Assembly: GCA_965602855.1 (NCBI GenBank) | Contig: CBFCZV010000005.1 | Location: 9,559 to 73,558, forward strand | DNA: 64,000 nucleotides | Direction of reading: 5' to 3' | DNA from: an uncultured Gammaproteobacteria bacterium | Lineage (GTDB): Bacteria > Pseudomonadota > Gammaproteobacteria > SZUA-229 | Part shown: piece after piece, positions 28,561 to 37,859 of the stretch | How the letters are laid out: each line of letters opens with the position of its first letter | How positions within the stretch are numbered: position 1 is the stretch's first letter | The notes under the pieces: generated by a model | The model's database searches: none | What the model was told of the DNA's origin: nothing | What the model saw: only the letters and a program-made list of their open reading frames with translations | Made by a program: the position numbers and the translations under genes

Positions 28561-28634
28561 TGGGGAATCGTCTAACGGCAGGACAACGGACTCTGACTCC
28601 GTCAATCAAGGTTCAAATCCTTGTTCCCCAGCCA
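28561..28634 (+). tRNA. tRNA-Gln (anticodon CUG).
   Basis: The sequence has a cloverleaf fold. The acceptor stem is TGGGGAA/TTCCCCA with discriminator G and an encoded CCA. The anticodon loop is CUCUGAC. A T-arm GGTTCAAATCC is present. It closely resembles E. coli tRNA-Gln. Confidence 0.9.
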
Positions 28635-28644
28635 TAAACAAAAA

Positions 28645-28669
28645 AGCCCCTTTTACTGGGGCTTTTTTG
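28645..28669 (+). terminator. Rho-independent terminator (agcccc-ttttact-ggggct followed by a T6 run).
   Basis: The hairpin and U-run lie immediately after the tRNA. Confidence 0.7.
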
Positions 28670-28828
28670 TTGATTTTGGTTCGATATAGGCACCCTGTGC
28701 TGAATTCCATTTTTTTTATAGTTAATTTGTGAAATACAACACACAATTTGATTTAAATCAGGTGACATACCCCCCTTTTTTTGCTATTTTGTCGCCTCCA
28801 CAATAATTATTTGGTAGAGATATAAATT

Positions 28829-29866
28829 ATGAAAAATAAAATTCTATTAGCGGCAGCAGTTGCCGTGGCTTGCGGTGCTCCAGTAGCAGCAATGGCAGAT
28901 GCGAACATTTATGGACAACTCCGTTATTCAATCAATTCTATGGATCCTGATACAGCAGGTAGTGATTCGTCACTTTCTGGTGAAGACAATGTTTCCGTGT
29001 TTGGTCTTAAAGCTTCAGCTGAAGGCAATGGCATAACAGCTTTTGCTCACTTGCAGACAGGCGCGCCTGCTGACAATAACAGCGGCCAGGCTTTCAAACA
29101 ACGTTTTTACTTCGGTGGTTTGAAAGGTGATTTTGGTACTGTTGCTTATGGTCGCATGACTAATGCATACAAGATGCCTGGCTTCAAGCTTGATCCTTTC
29201 TATAACATGTCACACGTTAATGCGAGTGGTTCGTTGGCTACGGGTGGCGCTACTTACGGTCTGTCTCCTGCGACTAATGGTTTTACCGATAACGCTTTAC
29301 AGTACACATCACCTTCTATGAGCGGACTGAAGGTTAACGTTGGTCTGTACATCGATGATAGCGCTGAAGATGATCACGGTACAAACATTGGTGTTACATA
29401 CACTGCAGGTAACATTAATGTTGGTGTACAGTTTGCTTCTAACGACACAACTGCTGGTACAGTGCCAGGTGTTAATGCAGATGGTGATGCAATGCGTATA
29501 CACGGTGGTTACACAGCAGATAAATGGAGTGCTGGTTTCTCCTATGAGAACGTAGATAATGGTACTGCAATTGGTACTTTAACTGAAGATGCGGATTACA
29601 TGTATGTTGTGGGTAAGTTTAACGCTAGCAAAGACACTCAGATCGTAGCAAGTTTTGGTAGTGTTAGTGATGATACCGCAACAGTTGTTGCTGGTGCTCC
29701 TCCAACAATTACAGTTTCATCACAAGAAGGTTCAGGTATGAACCTTGGTGTATTCCAGACAGTTGCTCCTAAGACACAGGTTTATGCGTCATACAGCACT
29801 GCTAGCCTGGATACTGTTGATGTAGATCCTTCTGTATTCTCAGTAGGTGCTATTCATAAGTTCTAA
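28829..29866 (+). CDS. Outer-membrane general porin (Gram-negative porin family), paralogue 1.
   Basis: A signal peptide is present (MKNKILLAAAVAVACGAPVAAMA). The sequence shows an alternating beta-strand pattern with Gly/Asp/Thr-rich loops and ends in a C-terminal Phe (AIHKF). Confidence 0.8.
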   Translation: MKNKILLAAAVAVACGAPVAAMADANIYGQLRYSINSMDPDTAGSDSSLSGEDNVSVFGLKASAEGNGITAFAHLQTGAPADNNSGQAFKQRFYFGGLKGDFGTVAYGRMTNAYKMPGFKLDPFYNMSHVNASGSLATGGATYGLSPATNGFTDNALQYTSPSMSGLKVNVGLYIDDSAEDDHGTNIGVTYTAGNINVGVQFASNDTTAGTVPGVNADGDAMRIHGGYTADKWSAGFSYENVDNGTAIGTLTEDADYMYVVGKFNASKDTQIVASFGSVSDDTATVVAGAPPTITVSSQEGSGMNLGVFQTVAPKTQVYASYSTASLDTVDVDPSVFSVGAIHKF

Positions 29867-29926
29867 GTTTTAGTAGTACATTAACCCGGGTGTAAATTCG
29901 GGTAGCAAGGACTGCTTTTATGATTA

Positions 29927-29957
29927 AACCTCTCCCTTTTGGGAGAGGTTTTTTTTG
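29927..29957 (+). terminator. Rho-independent terminator (aacctctccc-tttt-gggagaggtt followed by T8).
   Basis: A perfect 10-bp stem with a T-run follows the porin stop. Confidence 0.75.
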
Positions 29958-30016
29958 GTCTTTTTAAAAGTGGTAAGTGGGAGTTTTTGAGATGATGGTT
30001 AGTAATGCTTACATTC

Positions 30017-30664
30017 TTAAATAGCTAAGCGATGTAGTGTCTGTTCAACGCTTTTAGGTGAGATGTCGTCTCTTATGGGAAGGATGGTCTCATTGCCTGA
30101 TTCCAGATGTTTGCGAATTTGTTCCTGTTGTTCTGGTTTGTAACCTTCCAGATTTCCTATTATTTTGCGCGTTATTGTGCTTTTTATTGCGATTTCATGA
30201 TCTCCAAAGAAGACGTATTGTTTTCCGGATCGAGTGATCTCCAGGCCTTTGAGAGCAATGTTGAATTTTATGGTGGGGCAGGCCTTGGGAGCAAAGCCAT
30301 ATTGATCTTCATCGGCATATTCATAGCAAGTCTTGAGTGTATATTGCAGTGAATCGCTAGATAGTGAAATATTTCGACCATTGATGGCTTCTTTGAGGAA
30401 TTGCTCATCTTTATTAGTTGTAACCGCTTGTTCACTCACTGTTTCAGAAGAACTAGTGTTTTGTGGCGTTGCTTTGATGATGGGTTTAGCAGTTGCTGGT
30501 TGAGCGCCTGAAGATTTACACAGTGAGGTGACCTGTTCGGGTGTGAATCCTTTGTTTAGATAGAACTCAACATCATCACGCGCACATTCTGCAAGGCTAA
30601 TGTTTGTATATGCAGCCAGCGGTAAGACTAACAAGGGAAATAATCTGATTGTTTTTGATGTCAT
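30017..30664 (-). CDS. Hypothetical secreted protein (signal peptide, six Cys).
   Basis: The start was trimmed to the ATG at 30664 (MTSKTIRLFPLLVLPLAAYTNISLA, a signal-like N-terminus). No family was recognised. Confidence 0.5.
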   Translation of the reverse strand: MTSKTIRLFPLLVLPLAAYTNISLAECARDDVEFYLNKGFTPEQVTSLCKSSGAQPATAKPIIKATPQNTSSSETVSEQAVTTNKDEQFLKEAINGRNISLSSDSLQYTLKTCYEYADEDQYGFAPKACPTIKFNIALKGLEITRSGKQYVFFGDHEIAIKSTITRKIIGNLEGYKPEQQEQIRKHLESGNETILPIRDDISPKSVEQTLHRLAI

Positions 30665-31013
30665 TGTTCTTCCTATGATTTTAAAATTTATGCGTTTTTT
30701 AAGAATCCAAGGCAATTCTACAATTGGATCTTTTAAATTCATAATTTTACATGGGTTATTCATGTCGTTTTCCAGTTTAATGGCATGAAATGCTTGAAAT
30801 TTTAAGCCATCTGCATATACTCAGCTTAGCTTCCGGTTCCTAATGTCCTGTTCGCAGAACGTGGTTTCCGAAGTGAGCATGTTTTATGTGGCTTTTTTAG
30901 GTGAAGCAAACAGCTTTGTTGGTGGAGAAGTTAAAATGAGAACTGCGCTTAAAAAATAATAATTATACATAGCTATGATAATAAATATTTAACTAAATGC
31001 AGGAGTTTGCATA

Positions 31014-32078
31014 ATGAAAAAAACAATAATTTCTCTCGCTGTTGCAGCGGGTATGGCAGCATCTGGTGCTGCGTTCGCAGCTGGTGGTGCTACCGTTTAC
31101 GGTAATCTTCACTTGAGTCTTGATAGCCCTGATAATGAGGGTTCTTCTACTGATTCTTTGACCATGAAAAGCCAAACTTCAGCCATTGGTGTAAAAGGTT
31201 CTGAAGATCTGGGTGATGGCATGAAAGCCTTCTACAAGGTTGAGTTCCAGATTGACATGGATGAGCGTAATAATGGTAAAAATAATACCACTGGTGGTGT
31301 AACTGATCGTGACCAGTACATCGGTCTGAAAGGTGGCATGGGTACAGTTAAATTCGGTACCATGAGCAGCAACTACAAACAAAAAGGTGGTTCAGTTGAC
31401 CCAATGTACCGCACTTCTCTAGAAGGTCGTGGTGCTTTGCACATGCAATCAGGTCTGCATGGTGGTGCCGGTCGTTTCGGTGGTCGTATGACTGATACTC
31501 TGCAATACGCTTCACCAAAAATGGGTGGCATGCAGATGGTTCTCAATACTACTTTTGATGATGCTGATACTTCAGGTGCGGCACCTACAGACATCGATGA
31601 AACTATTGGCCTTGGTCTTCGTTACGAAAGTAAATCTTTTGGTATTTTCATCGATATGATTGATGTGGAAGGTGAAGATGATCCTGGTGTTACAGATGTT
31701 ACCTGGAGTGAATCAGCAACTAAAGTTGGTGGTTGGTTTAAAACAGGTCCTGTTAAGCTAGGTATACAGCTTGAGCAGACAGAAGATCTATTAGGTTCGG
31801 ACTTCATGATGTTCAGTGCTGATTACAAGATCAACAAGAATAATGCTGTTGCTCTGACAATGGGTACAAGAGATGATATTACTGATGGTAATGTGACTCT
31901 TAGTGAATCAGGTAGTACTTCATTCGCGATTATGTATAACCATAAGATGAGCAAGAAAACGAACATCTATGTAGGTTATGGTGATCGTAGTGCTGATGAT
32001 AATGCTGTTGAAGATGATGGTGTTACTGCTATCAATGATTACAGCGTAATGACCGCAGGCATGCGTGTTAAGTTCTAA
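31014..32078 (+). CDS. Outer-membrane general porin, paralogue 2.
   Basis: A signal peptide is present (MKKTIISLAVAAGMAASGAAFA). The architecture is the same as the 28829 porin, including the N-terminal segment Y-G-x-L-x-x-S and a C-terminal Phe (RVKF). Confidence 0.8.
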   Translation: MKKTIISLAVAAGMAASGAAFAAGGATVYGNLHLSLDSPDNEGSSTDSLTMKSQTSAIGVKGSEDLGDGMKAFYKVEFQIDMDERNNGKNNTTGGVTDRDQYIGLKGGMGTVKFGTMSSNYKQKGGSVDPMYRTSLEGRGALHMQSGLHGGAGRFGGRMTDTLQYASPKMGGMQMVLNTTFDDADTSGAAPTDIDETIGLGLRYESKSFGIFIDMIDVEGEDDPGVTDVTWSESATKVGGWFKTGPVKLGIQLEQTEDLLGSDFMMFSADYKINKNNAVALTMGTRDDITDGNVTLSESGSTSFAIMYNHKMSKKTNIYVGYGDRSADDNAVEDDGVTAINDYSVMTAGMRVKF

Positions 32079-32100
32079 TAGTTTTTAAAATATTAGTACG

Positions 32101-32131
32101 AAAAAAAACGGAGCTTAGGCTCCGTTTTTTT
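32101..32131. terminator. Bidirectional intrinsic terminator (A8-acggagc-ttag-gctccgt-T7) between the convergent porin and rpiA genes.
   Basis: A perfect 7-bp stem is flanked by an A-run and a T-run. Confidence 0.75.
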
Positions 32132-32160
32132 ATGCCTGTGACTTTTTGTTTCAGATCGTC

Positions 32161-32823
32161 TTATTTAGATAAAACAGTTTTCGCACCTTCAGGCGTTCCC
32201 AATATCAAAACATCTGCAGGACGATTGGCAAAAATACCCACAGTGACGACACCAGCGAGTTTGTTGATGTCATTTTCCAGTTTCACCGCATCCATAATTT
32301 CCAGATTGTGTACGTCCAGAATAATATTGCCATTGTCGGTGATGAAATTTTCACGCCAGACGGGTTGGCCGCCCAGTTTAACTAGTTCACGGGCGATGAA
32401 GCTGCGTGCCATGGGGATGACTTCAACTGGTAATGGAAATTTACCCATGACATCGACCAGTTTGGTTTCATCGGCAATACAGACAAATTTGTCGCTGGCA
32501 CCGGCGATAATCTTTTCACGGGTGAGTGCGCCGCCACCACCTTTGATCAGGTTGAGGTAATGGTCGGATTCATCTGCGCCATCGATGTAAACAGGAATCT
32601 TACTGACATTGTTAAGGTCAAAAACTTCAATACCACGTTCCTGCATGAGCTTGGTTGAGGCTTCAGAGCTGGAAACGGCGCCTTCAATTTTATTTTTAAT
32701 CTCAGCCAGACAGTCGATAAAGTGGTTAACGGTCGAGCCTGTGCCTACGCCTACAATTGCGTTGGTGACAACATATTCCATCGCAGCTTCAGCTGCTTTT
32801 CTTTTCATTTCGTCCTGGGTCAT
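32161..32823 (-). CDS. rpiA: Ribose-5-phosphate isomerase A.
   Basis: The RpiA signatures [21 protein letters not shown] and [10 protein letters not shown] are present. Confidence 0.95.
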   Translation of the reverse strand: MTQDEMKRKAAEAAMEYVVTNAIVGVGTGSTVNHFIDCLAEIKNKIEGAVSSSEASTKLMQERGIEVFDLNNVSKIPVYIDGADESDHYLNLIKGGGGALTREKIIAGASDKFVCIADETKLVDVMGKFPLPVEVIPMARSFIARELVKLGGQPVWRENFITDNGNIILDVHNLEIMDAVKLENDINKLAGVVTVGIFANRPADVLILGTPEGAKTVLSK

Positions 32824-32967
32824 GGGTTCTTCCCCTAAAATTTTTCTATCAAAGAGGGAATTTTACTCGTCTGGGAGCTGGAAGTCATGGCGGGTTTTAT
32901 CAAACATTAACCGTATTAATCATAGCTCTGCTATAGTCATAAAAAATAATGAAGAAATCAGCAGTTC

Positions 32968-34488
32968 ATGACTAAAAAATACATAGAAAAAATACTGGCG
33001 GCACGGGTTTACGATGTGGCCGAGGAAACGCCACTGGAGCATTCTCGTTTGCTGAGTGCGCGTGTAGATAATACCGTGTTGTTGAAGCGTGAGGATATGC
33101 AACCGGTATTCTCGTTCAAATTGCGTGGAGCTTATAACTGTATTTATCAGCTTTCACAGCAGAAAAAAATCAAGGGTGTGATCGCCGCTTCAGCGGGTAA
33201 TCATGCGCAGGGCGTGGCCCTGTCGGCACAACGACTGGGTATTAAGGCCACTATCGTGATGCCCAAAACTACGCCTGCGATTAAAGTGAATGCGGTGAAG
33301 TCTTATGGTGCCAAAGCAGTGTTGATTGGTGATGCTTACGATGAGGCTTATGAGCATGCTATGGAGCTGGCGAAAAAACAGAAGCTGGATTTTATTCATC
33401 CTTATGATGATGCCGATGTGATCGCAGGTCAGGGCACCATTGGTATGGAGATTCTGCGCCAGCATGGTGGTGACATCGATGCAGTGTTTGTGCCAGTTGG
33501 CGGTGGTGGTCTAATTGCCGGTGTAGCCGCATATATCAAACATCTTCGCCCCGAGGTAAAGATCATTGGTGTAGAGCCGGATGATGCACCGTGTATGGCT
33601 GAGGCATTTAAAAAGAAAAGACGTGTGGTGCTTGATCATGTTGGCATCTTTGCCGATGGGGTTGCTGTGCGTCAGGCGGGTAAGGAAACTTATCGAATTG
33701 CCAGGCAGTGTGTGGATGAGATTATCTGTGTCAGTACTGATGAAATTTGTGCTGCGATCAAGGATATCTTTGATGATACCCGCTCCATCATGGAACCAGC
33801 GGGTGCATTGGCGGTGGCTGGAATCAAGAAATATGTTGAGCGTGAGAAGATATCCGGCCAAACATTGATAGCGATCAATAGTGGTGCCAACATGAATTTT
33901 GATCGCCTGCGCCACGTTGCCGAACGTGCTGAACTGGGTGAGCAGCGTGAGGCTTTGCTGGGAGTTACTATCCCCGAGCGCCCCGGTAGTTTTAGAACCT
34001 TTTGTAATACACTGGGAAGGCGTGGTATTACCGAGTTTAATTACCGTTATTCGCACGATGAAAAGGCGCACGTATTTGCTGGCATCCAGTTAAGTGATGG
34101 TTTTGCAGAGAAAGATGAATTGATTGCCAAACTGGAAGCGAAGAAATATCCGGTGATGGATATGACCGATAATGAAATGGCCAAGATCCATGTGCGTCAT
34201 CTGGTCGGTGGTCACAATCAGGATGTAGAGGATGAAATCGTCTACCGTTTTGAGTTCCCTGAACGTCCCGGTGCATTGCTTGATTTCCTGACTCGTATTG
34301 GCAAACGCTGGAATATCAGCTTGTTCCACTATCGAAACCACGGTGCGGCTTATGGACGCGTACTGGTGGGCTTGCAGGCGCCGAAGAAGGAACGTAAGGC
34401 CTTGAACTGTTATCTGGATGAACTGGGCTACGCCTACTGGGATGAGACCGATAATCCTGCCTATAAGCTGTTCCTGTCTGCCACGTAG
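32968..34488 (+). CDS. ilvA: Biosynthetic threonine dehydratase (threonine ammonia-lyase).
   Basis: A PLP-dependent fold is present with the Lys in FSFKLRGAYN, followed by two C-terminal ACT-like regulatory domains. Confidence 0.95.
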   Translation: MTKKYIEKILAARVYDVAEETPLEHSRLLSARVDNTVLLKREDMQPVFSFKLRGAYNCIYQLSQQKKIKGVIAASAGNHAQGVALSAQRLGIKATIVMPKTTPAIKVNAVKSYGAKAVLIGDAYDEAYEHAMELAKKQKLDFIHPYDDADVIAGQGTIGMEILRQHGGDIDAVFVPVGGGGLIAGVAAYIKHLRPEVKIIGVEPDDAPCMAEAFKKKRRVVLDHVGIFADGVAVRQAGKETYRIARQCVDEIICVSTDEICAAIKDIFDDTRSIMEPAGALAVAGIKKYVEREKISGQTLIAINSGANMNFDRLRHVAERAELGEQREALLGVTIPERPGSFRTFCNTLGRRGITEFNYRYSHDEKAHVFAGIQLSDGFAEKDELIAKLEAKKYPVMDMTDNEMAKIHVRHLVGGHNQDVEDEIVYRFEFPERPGALLDFLTRIGKRWNISLFHYRNHGAAYGRVLVGLQAPKKERKALNCYLDELGYAYWDETDNPAYKLFLSAT

Positions 34489-35063
34489 AGTTTGTCTTCG
34501 GTAGCAATGGCATCGAGTGGGATATCCCAGCTTTCTGCTTCTAGCTGGCGAGTTTTCTGCACTTCATGCGCCAGCCCGATGAGCTGGATCGATTTTTTCT
34601 GTTCCCGAATATTAGTCAGACTCCGGTCATAAAAACCGCCGCCCATGCCCATACGGTTGCCCTTTTCATCGAAGGCGACCAACGGCAATAATATCAAATC
34701 CATGTGTTCAGCCTTGAGCCAGTGTTCTGGTGAACTGTTGGGTTCGTCGATACCGAACTGATTGCGGCACATCGGGCTATCTTTCTCATAAGGGGCGAAC
34801 AGCAGGCTGTTTTCGTGGGCAGAGAGTACCGGTAGATAAACCTGTTTCTCCAGTTCCCAAGCCTGCTTAATGATATGTACAGGATCGATCTCACCATCAT
34901 TAGCCAGATAAACGGCAATGTGCTGGCTGCTGACAAATGCGTTGTGGTTTAGCAATCGTTCGGTTAGCTGTTCAGCATGCTGTGCCTGTTGTGAGGCGCT
35001 AAGCTGGCGTCGTTGTTCACGCTTTTGCTGGCGTATTGAATTGGGATTTATTTGTGCTGACAT
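34461..35063 (-). CDS. ygfA: 5-formyltetrahydrofolate cyclo-ligase.
   Basis: The family fold is recognisable (IAVYLANDGEIDP...MGMGGGFYDR). Its position directly downstream of the 6S RNA matches E. coli ssrS-ygfA. The start was trimmed to the ATG at 35063. Confidence 0.85.
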   Translation of the reverse strand: MSAQINPNSIRQQKREQRRQLSASQQAQHAEQLTERLLNHNAFVSSQHIAVYLANDGEIDPVHIIKQAWELEKQVYLPVLSAHENSLLFAPYEKDSPMCRNQFGIDEPNSSPEHWLKAEHMDLILLPLVAFDEKGNRMGMGGGFYDRSLTNIREQKKSIQLIGLAHEVQKTRQLEAESWDIPLDAIATEDKLYVADRNSL

Positions 35064-35077
35064 TAGAAAGGTTTTAG

Positions 35078-35272
35078 AAGAAGTCTCCGGGAGTACCGTA
35101 GCTAACACCATCGACCTTGAACCGGTAGGTTCAGGTGGGAACAGCGATCACACGTCAGGCTTCCCGCAAAGCGGTAATGCACACTGTGTAAACAGCCTAG
35201 TTCCCAAAGATAGCATTTAAGGCTCAAGGGATAAAACAGGTTGCTTACGTATACCCCAGAGACATCTAAACT
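35078..35272 (-). ncRNA. ssrS: 6S RNA (SsrS), a regulatory RNA that binds RNA polymerase.
   Basis: The minus-strand sequence shares conserved segments with E. coli 6S RNA: AUCCCUUGAGCC versus UCCCCUGAGCC, GAAGCCU, and CACCUGAACC...GGUUCAAGG versus CACCUUGAACC...GGUUCAAGG. A long terminal stem forms between 5' GUCUCUGGGG and 3' CUCCCGGAGAC. It sits in the conserved zapA-ssrS-ygfA context. The ends are approximate. Confidence 0.8.
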
Positions 35273-35299
35273 CTGAGAGCCTCGCTGAGCAAAACTCTC

Positions 35300-35602
35300 C
35301 TAAATCAGTTTAATGTTCCGCATAGAGTTGTCAATTTTTTCTGACAAGCTGTCGATGCGATCATTGAGCTCAGAGTGTTCTTCGGTAAGTGCCTGACTAT
35401 TTAAAAGTTCATGGCTCATATTGAGTGCGGCCATCACAGCGATGCGTTCAGTACCGATGACAGAACCTTTGTTTTTGATTTCATTGAGTTTTTCGTTGAG
35501 CATGCTGGCTGAGGCAAGAAGCGTCTCTTTTTCTTCAGCCGGACAGGCAACGCGGTATTCTTTTTCCAGGATCTTGATGGACAGCGATTCTTGATCTTTC
35601 AC
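35300..35602 (-). CDS. zapA: Cell division protein ZapA.
   Basis: It is about 100 aa with a ZapA-like N-terminal beta region (IKILEKEYRVACPAEE) and a C-terminal coiled coil. It is directly upstream of ssrS. Confidence 0.85.
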   Translation of the reverse strand: MKDQESLSIKILEKEYRVACPAEEKETLLASASMLNEKLNEIKNKGSVIGTERIAVMAALNMSHELLNSQALTEEHSELNDRIDSLSEKIDNSMRNIKLI

Positions 35603-35624
35603 GGTAAAACCCTTGAGGTGTGAT

Positions 35625-35837
35625 TTAAGCGTTTTCCATGGAGCGTAGGCGGGTAATCATGCCTTCAACCTGTCCACGAGCCTGTTCTTTTAGTTCGATT
35701 AAACCAGAGCGTTCGCTGGACATGTTGCTTAATTGCTTACGCAGGTCAGAATTTTCGTCGCTGAGGCGCTGGCATAGATCCAGTAGCTCATTGGCCTGAC
35801 CTTCGAGGTGATCCATTTTTGTTTTTGTATCATTCAT
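35625..35837 (-). CDS. Small coiled-coil protein of the TIGR02449-like family, conserved upstream of zapA in Pseudomonas.
   Basis: It is about 70 aa and has the pattern LEGQANELLDLCQRLSDENSDLRKQL...ARGQVEGMITRLRSME typical of this family. The start was trimmed to the ATG at 35837. Confidence 0.65.
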   Translation of the reverse strand: MNDTKTKMDHLEGQANELLDLCQRLSDENSDLRKQLSNMSSERSGLIELKEQARGQVEGMITRLRSMENA

Positions 35838-35943
35838 GCGACTAATAGTAGGATGTGATTTGACGATGGTCAAATGCCTGACGAGAATAATATTAGAATC
35901 TTTGCTCGTGGTAGAATGAGTCAAAATCACGAATTAGACAATT

Positions 35944-36525
35944 ATGAATACACAACCTGATATTGAGATACTGGATGAGGCATTATTTAAAGTTAATGCC
36001 ATGATGGGCGCGGCGGAATCACACGGCGTTTTATGCGGTATGTTGTGCGCCCGCGGTGCTATTGAGCTGTCTGAATGGATAGGTCATGTGCTGGGTGAGC
36101 AGGAAGAGGGCAATGTGTTGTTGCATGATATCGTGCATCAATTGTCCGAGCTGCATCAGGTCACCATGGAAAAGGTGAATGATATTTCCGGTAGCTTTTA
36201 TATGTTGTTGCCGGATGATGATGAGGATTTGATCGGACGTACAGAGGCTCTGGCGGACTGGTGTCAGGGCTTTGTTTATGGTCTGGCTGCGGGTGGTATT
36301 AGTGATGACACTAAATTGCCGGGTGATACCCAGGAGATTTTGATGGATTTTGTCGAGATTTCTCGAGCCGGGCATAGTACTGGTGATGATGACGTGATCG
36401 AAGTTGTCGACACCAATGAGGAAGATGAACTGGCTTTTGTCGAAGTGGTGGAATACGTTCGTACCGGTGTGCTGCTGATCAACGAGGAGCTGCAGTCCAT
36501 GGTTCCTTCGCCCACTTTGCACTAA
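35944..36525 (+). CDS. ygfB: YgfB/UPF0149-family protein.
   Basis: It has YgfB-like length, an acidic helical sequence (CGMLCARGA...DWCQGFVYGL) and a conserved position upstream of pepP. Confidence 0.75.
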   Translation: MNTQPDIEILDEALFKVNAMMGAAESHGVLCGMLCARGAIELSEWIGHVLGEQEEGNVLLHDIVHQLSELHQVTMEKVNDISGSFYMLLPDDDEDLIGRTEALADWCQGFVYGLAAGGISDDTKLPGDTQEILMDFVEISRAGHSTGDDDVIEVVDTNEEDELAFVEVVEYVRTGVLLINEELQSMVPSPTLH

Positions 36526-36544
36526 TTTTTTGTAACGATACAGA

Positions 36545-37849
36545 TTGATGAACAACAAAATTTACGCCCAGCGCCGCAAGCAGTTGATGAAAATGATGGG
36601 TAATGATTCCATCGCTATTTTGCCCGCCGCACCTTTGCTAATTCGCAATCGTGATGTTGAGCATGGCTTCAGGCAGGACAGTGATTTTTATTATCTGAGT
36701 GGCTTTGTCGAGCCTGAGGCGGTGGTTGTGCTGGTGCCGGGACGCAAGCAGGCGCAGTATATTTTATTTTGCCGTGAGCGCGATAAAAAGAAAGAAACCT
36801 GGAACGGTTATCGCTATGGCCCTGAAGGTGCGGTCGAGCACTTTGGCGCTGATGATGCTTTTCCTATTGATGATCTGGAAGAAATTCTACCGGGACTGAT
36901 GGAGCACTGTGAAAGCGTGTATTACACCATCGGCCTGAATCCTGAATTCGATAAACACGTGATGAACTGCGTCAACAGCCTGCGTAAAAATTCACGTGGC
37001 GGCGTGCATGCACCGAATGAATTTGTCTCGCTGGATTATTTGCTGCACGACATGCGTTTGTACAAGAGTCGTGATGAAATTAAGTTGATGCGCAAGTCGG
37101 CAAAAATTTCTGTGCAGGCGCATATCAAGGCGATGAAAGTCTGTCAGCCAGATATGTATGAATACCAGCTTGAGGCTGAACTGCTTTATGAGTTTAATCG
37201 CAATGGTGCGGGCTGGGCTTATCCTTCCATCGTCGGTGGTGGTGCCAATAGCTGTATTTTGCACTACACCGAAAACAATCAGACGTTGAATGAGGGTGAA
37301 ATGGTGCTGATTGATGCTGGTGCTGAATACGGTAGTTATGCCGCAGACATCACCCGAACTTTTCCGGTAAATGGCAAGTACAGTGTGCCGCAAAAAGAAA
37401 TTTATGATCTGGTGCTGGCTTCTCAGGATGCCGCAATCAAACAGGTTAAACCGGGTAATCATTGGAATGACCCGCACAACGCTGCGGTGAAAGTGCTGAC
37501 CAAAGGTATGGTTGAGCTGGGTCTGCTCAAGGGCAAGCCCGCCGAGTTGATTAAAAAAGGTGATTATTCAAAATATTATATGCATCGCACCGGTCACTGG
37601 ATTGGCATGGATGTGCACGATGTTGGCGATTACAAAGTTGATGATGAATGGCGTTTGCTGGAGCCGGGCATGTGCCTGACCATCGAGCCGGGTCTGTACA
37701 TACCTCACGGCAGCCGCGGTGCTAAACGATGGTGGAATATTGGCGTGCGTATCGAGGATGATGTGCTGGTGACCAAAGATGGTTGTGATTTGTTAACTAA
37801 GGGCTTGCCGCGAACTACTGAAGAAGTTGAAGCGGTGATGGCCTCCTAG
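36545..37849 (+). CDS. pepP: Xaa-Pro aminopeptidase (aminopeptidase P).
   Basis: It has the M24B pita-bread fold with metal ligands (DAGAEYGSYAADITRT; HRTGHWIGMDVHD; IEPGLY). Confidence 0.9.
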   Translation: MMNNKIYAQRRKQLMKMMGNDSIAILPAAPLLIRNRDVEHGFRQDSDFYYLSGFVEPEAVVVLVPGRKQAQYILFCRERDKKKETWNGYRYGPEGAVEHFGADDAFPIDDLEEILPGLMEHCESVYYTIGLNPEFDKHVMNCVNSLRKNSRGGVHAPNEFVSLDYLLHDMRLYKSRDEIKLMRKSAKISVQAHIKAMKVCQPDMYEYQLEAELLYEFNRNGAGWAYPSIVGGGANSCILHYTENNQTLNEGEMVLIDAGAEYGSYAADITRTFPVNGKYSVPQKEIYDLVLASQDAAIKQVKPGNHWNDPHNAAVKVLTKGMVELGLLKGKPAELIKKGDYSKYYMHRTGHWIGMDVHDVGDYKVDDEWRLLEPGMCLTIEPGLYIPHGSRGAKRWWNIGVRIEDDVLVTKDGCDLLTKGLPRTTEEVEAVMAS

Positions 37850-37859
37850 CTGTTCGTTT

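Noticed and set aside
28561-30016. Genomic island or integrative element at tRNA-Gln.
   Set aside because: No integrase or transposase genes are nearby, and there is no direct repeat of the tRNA 3' end. The downstream genes are porins with ordinary composition.
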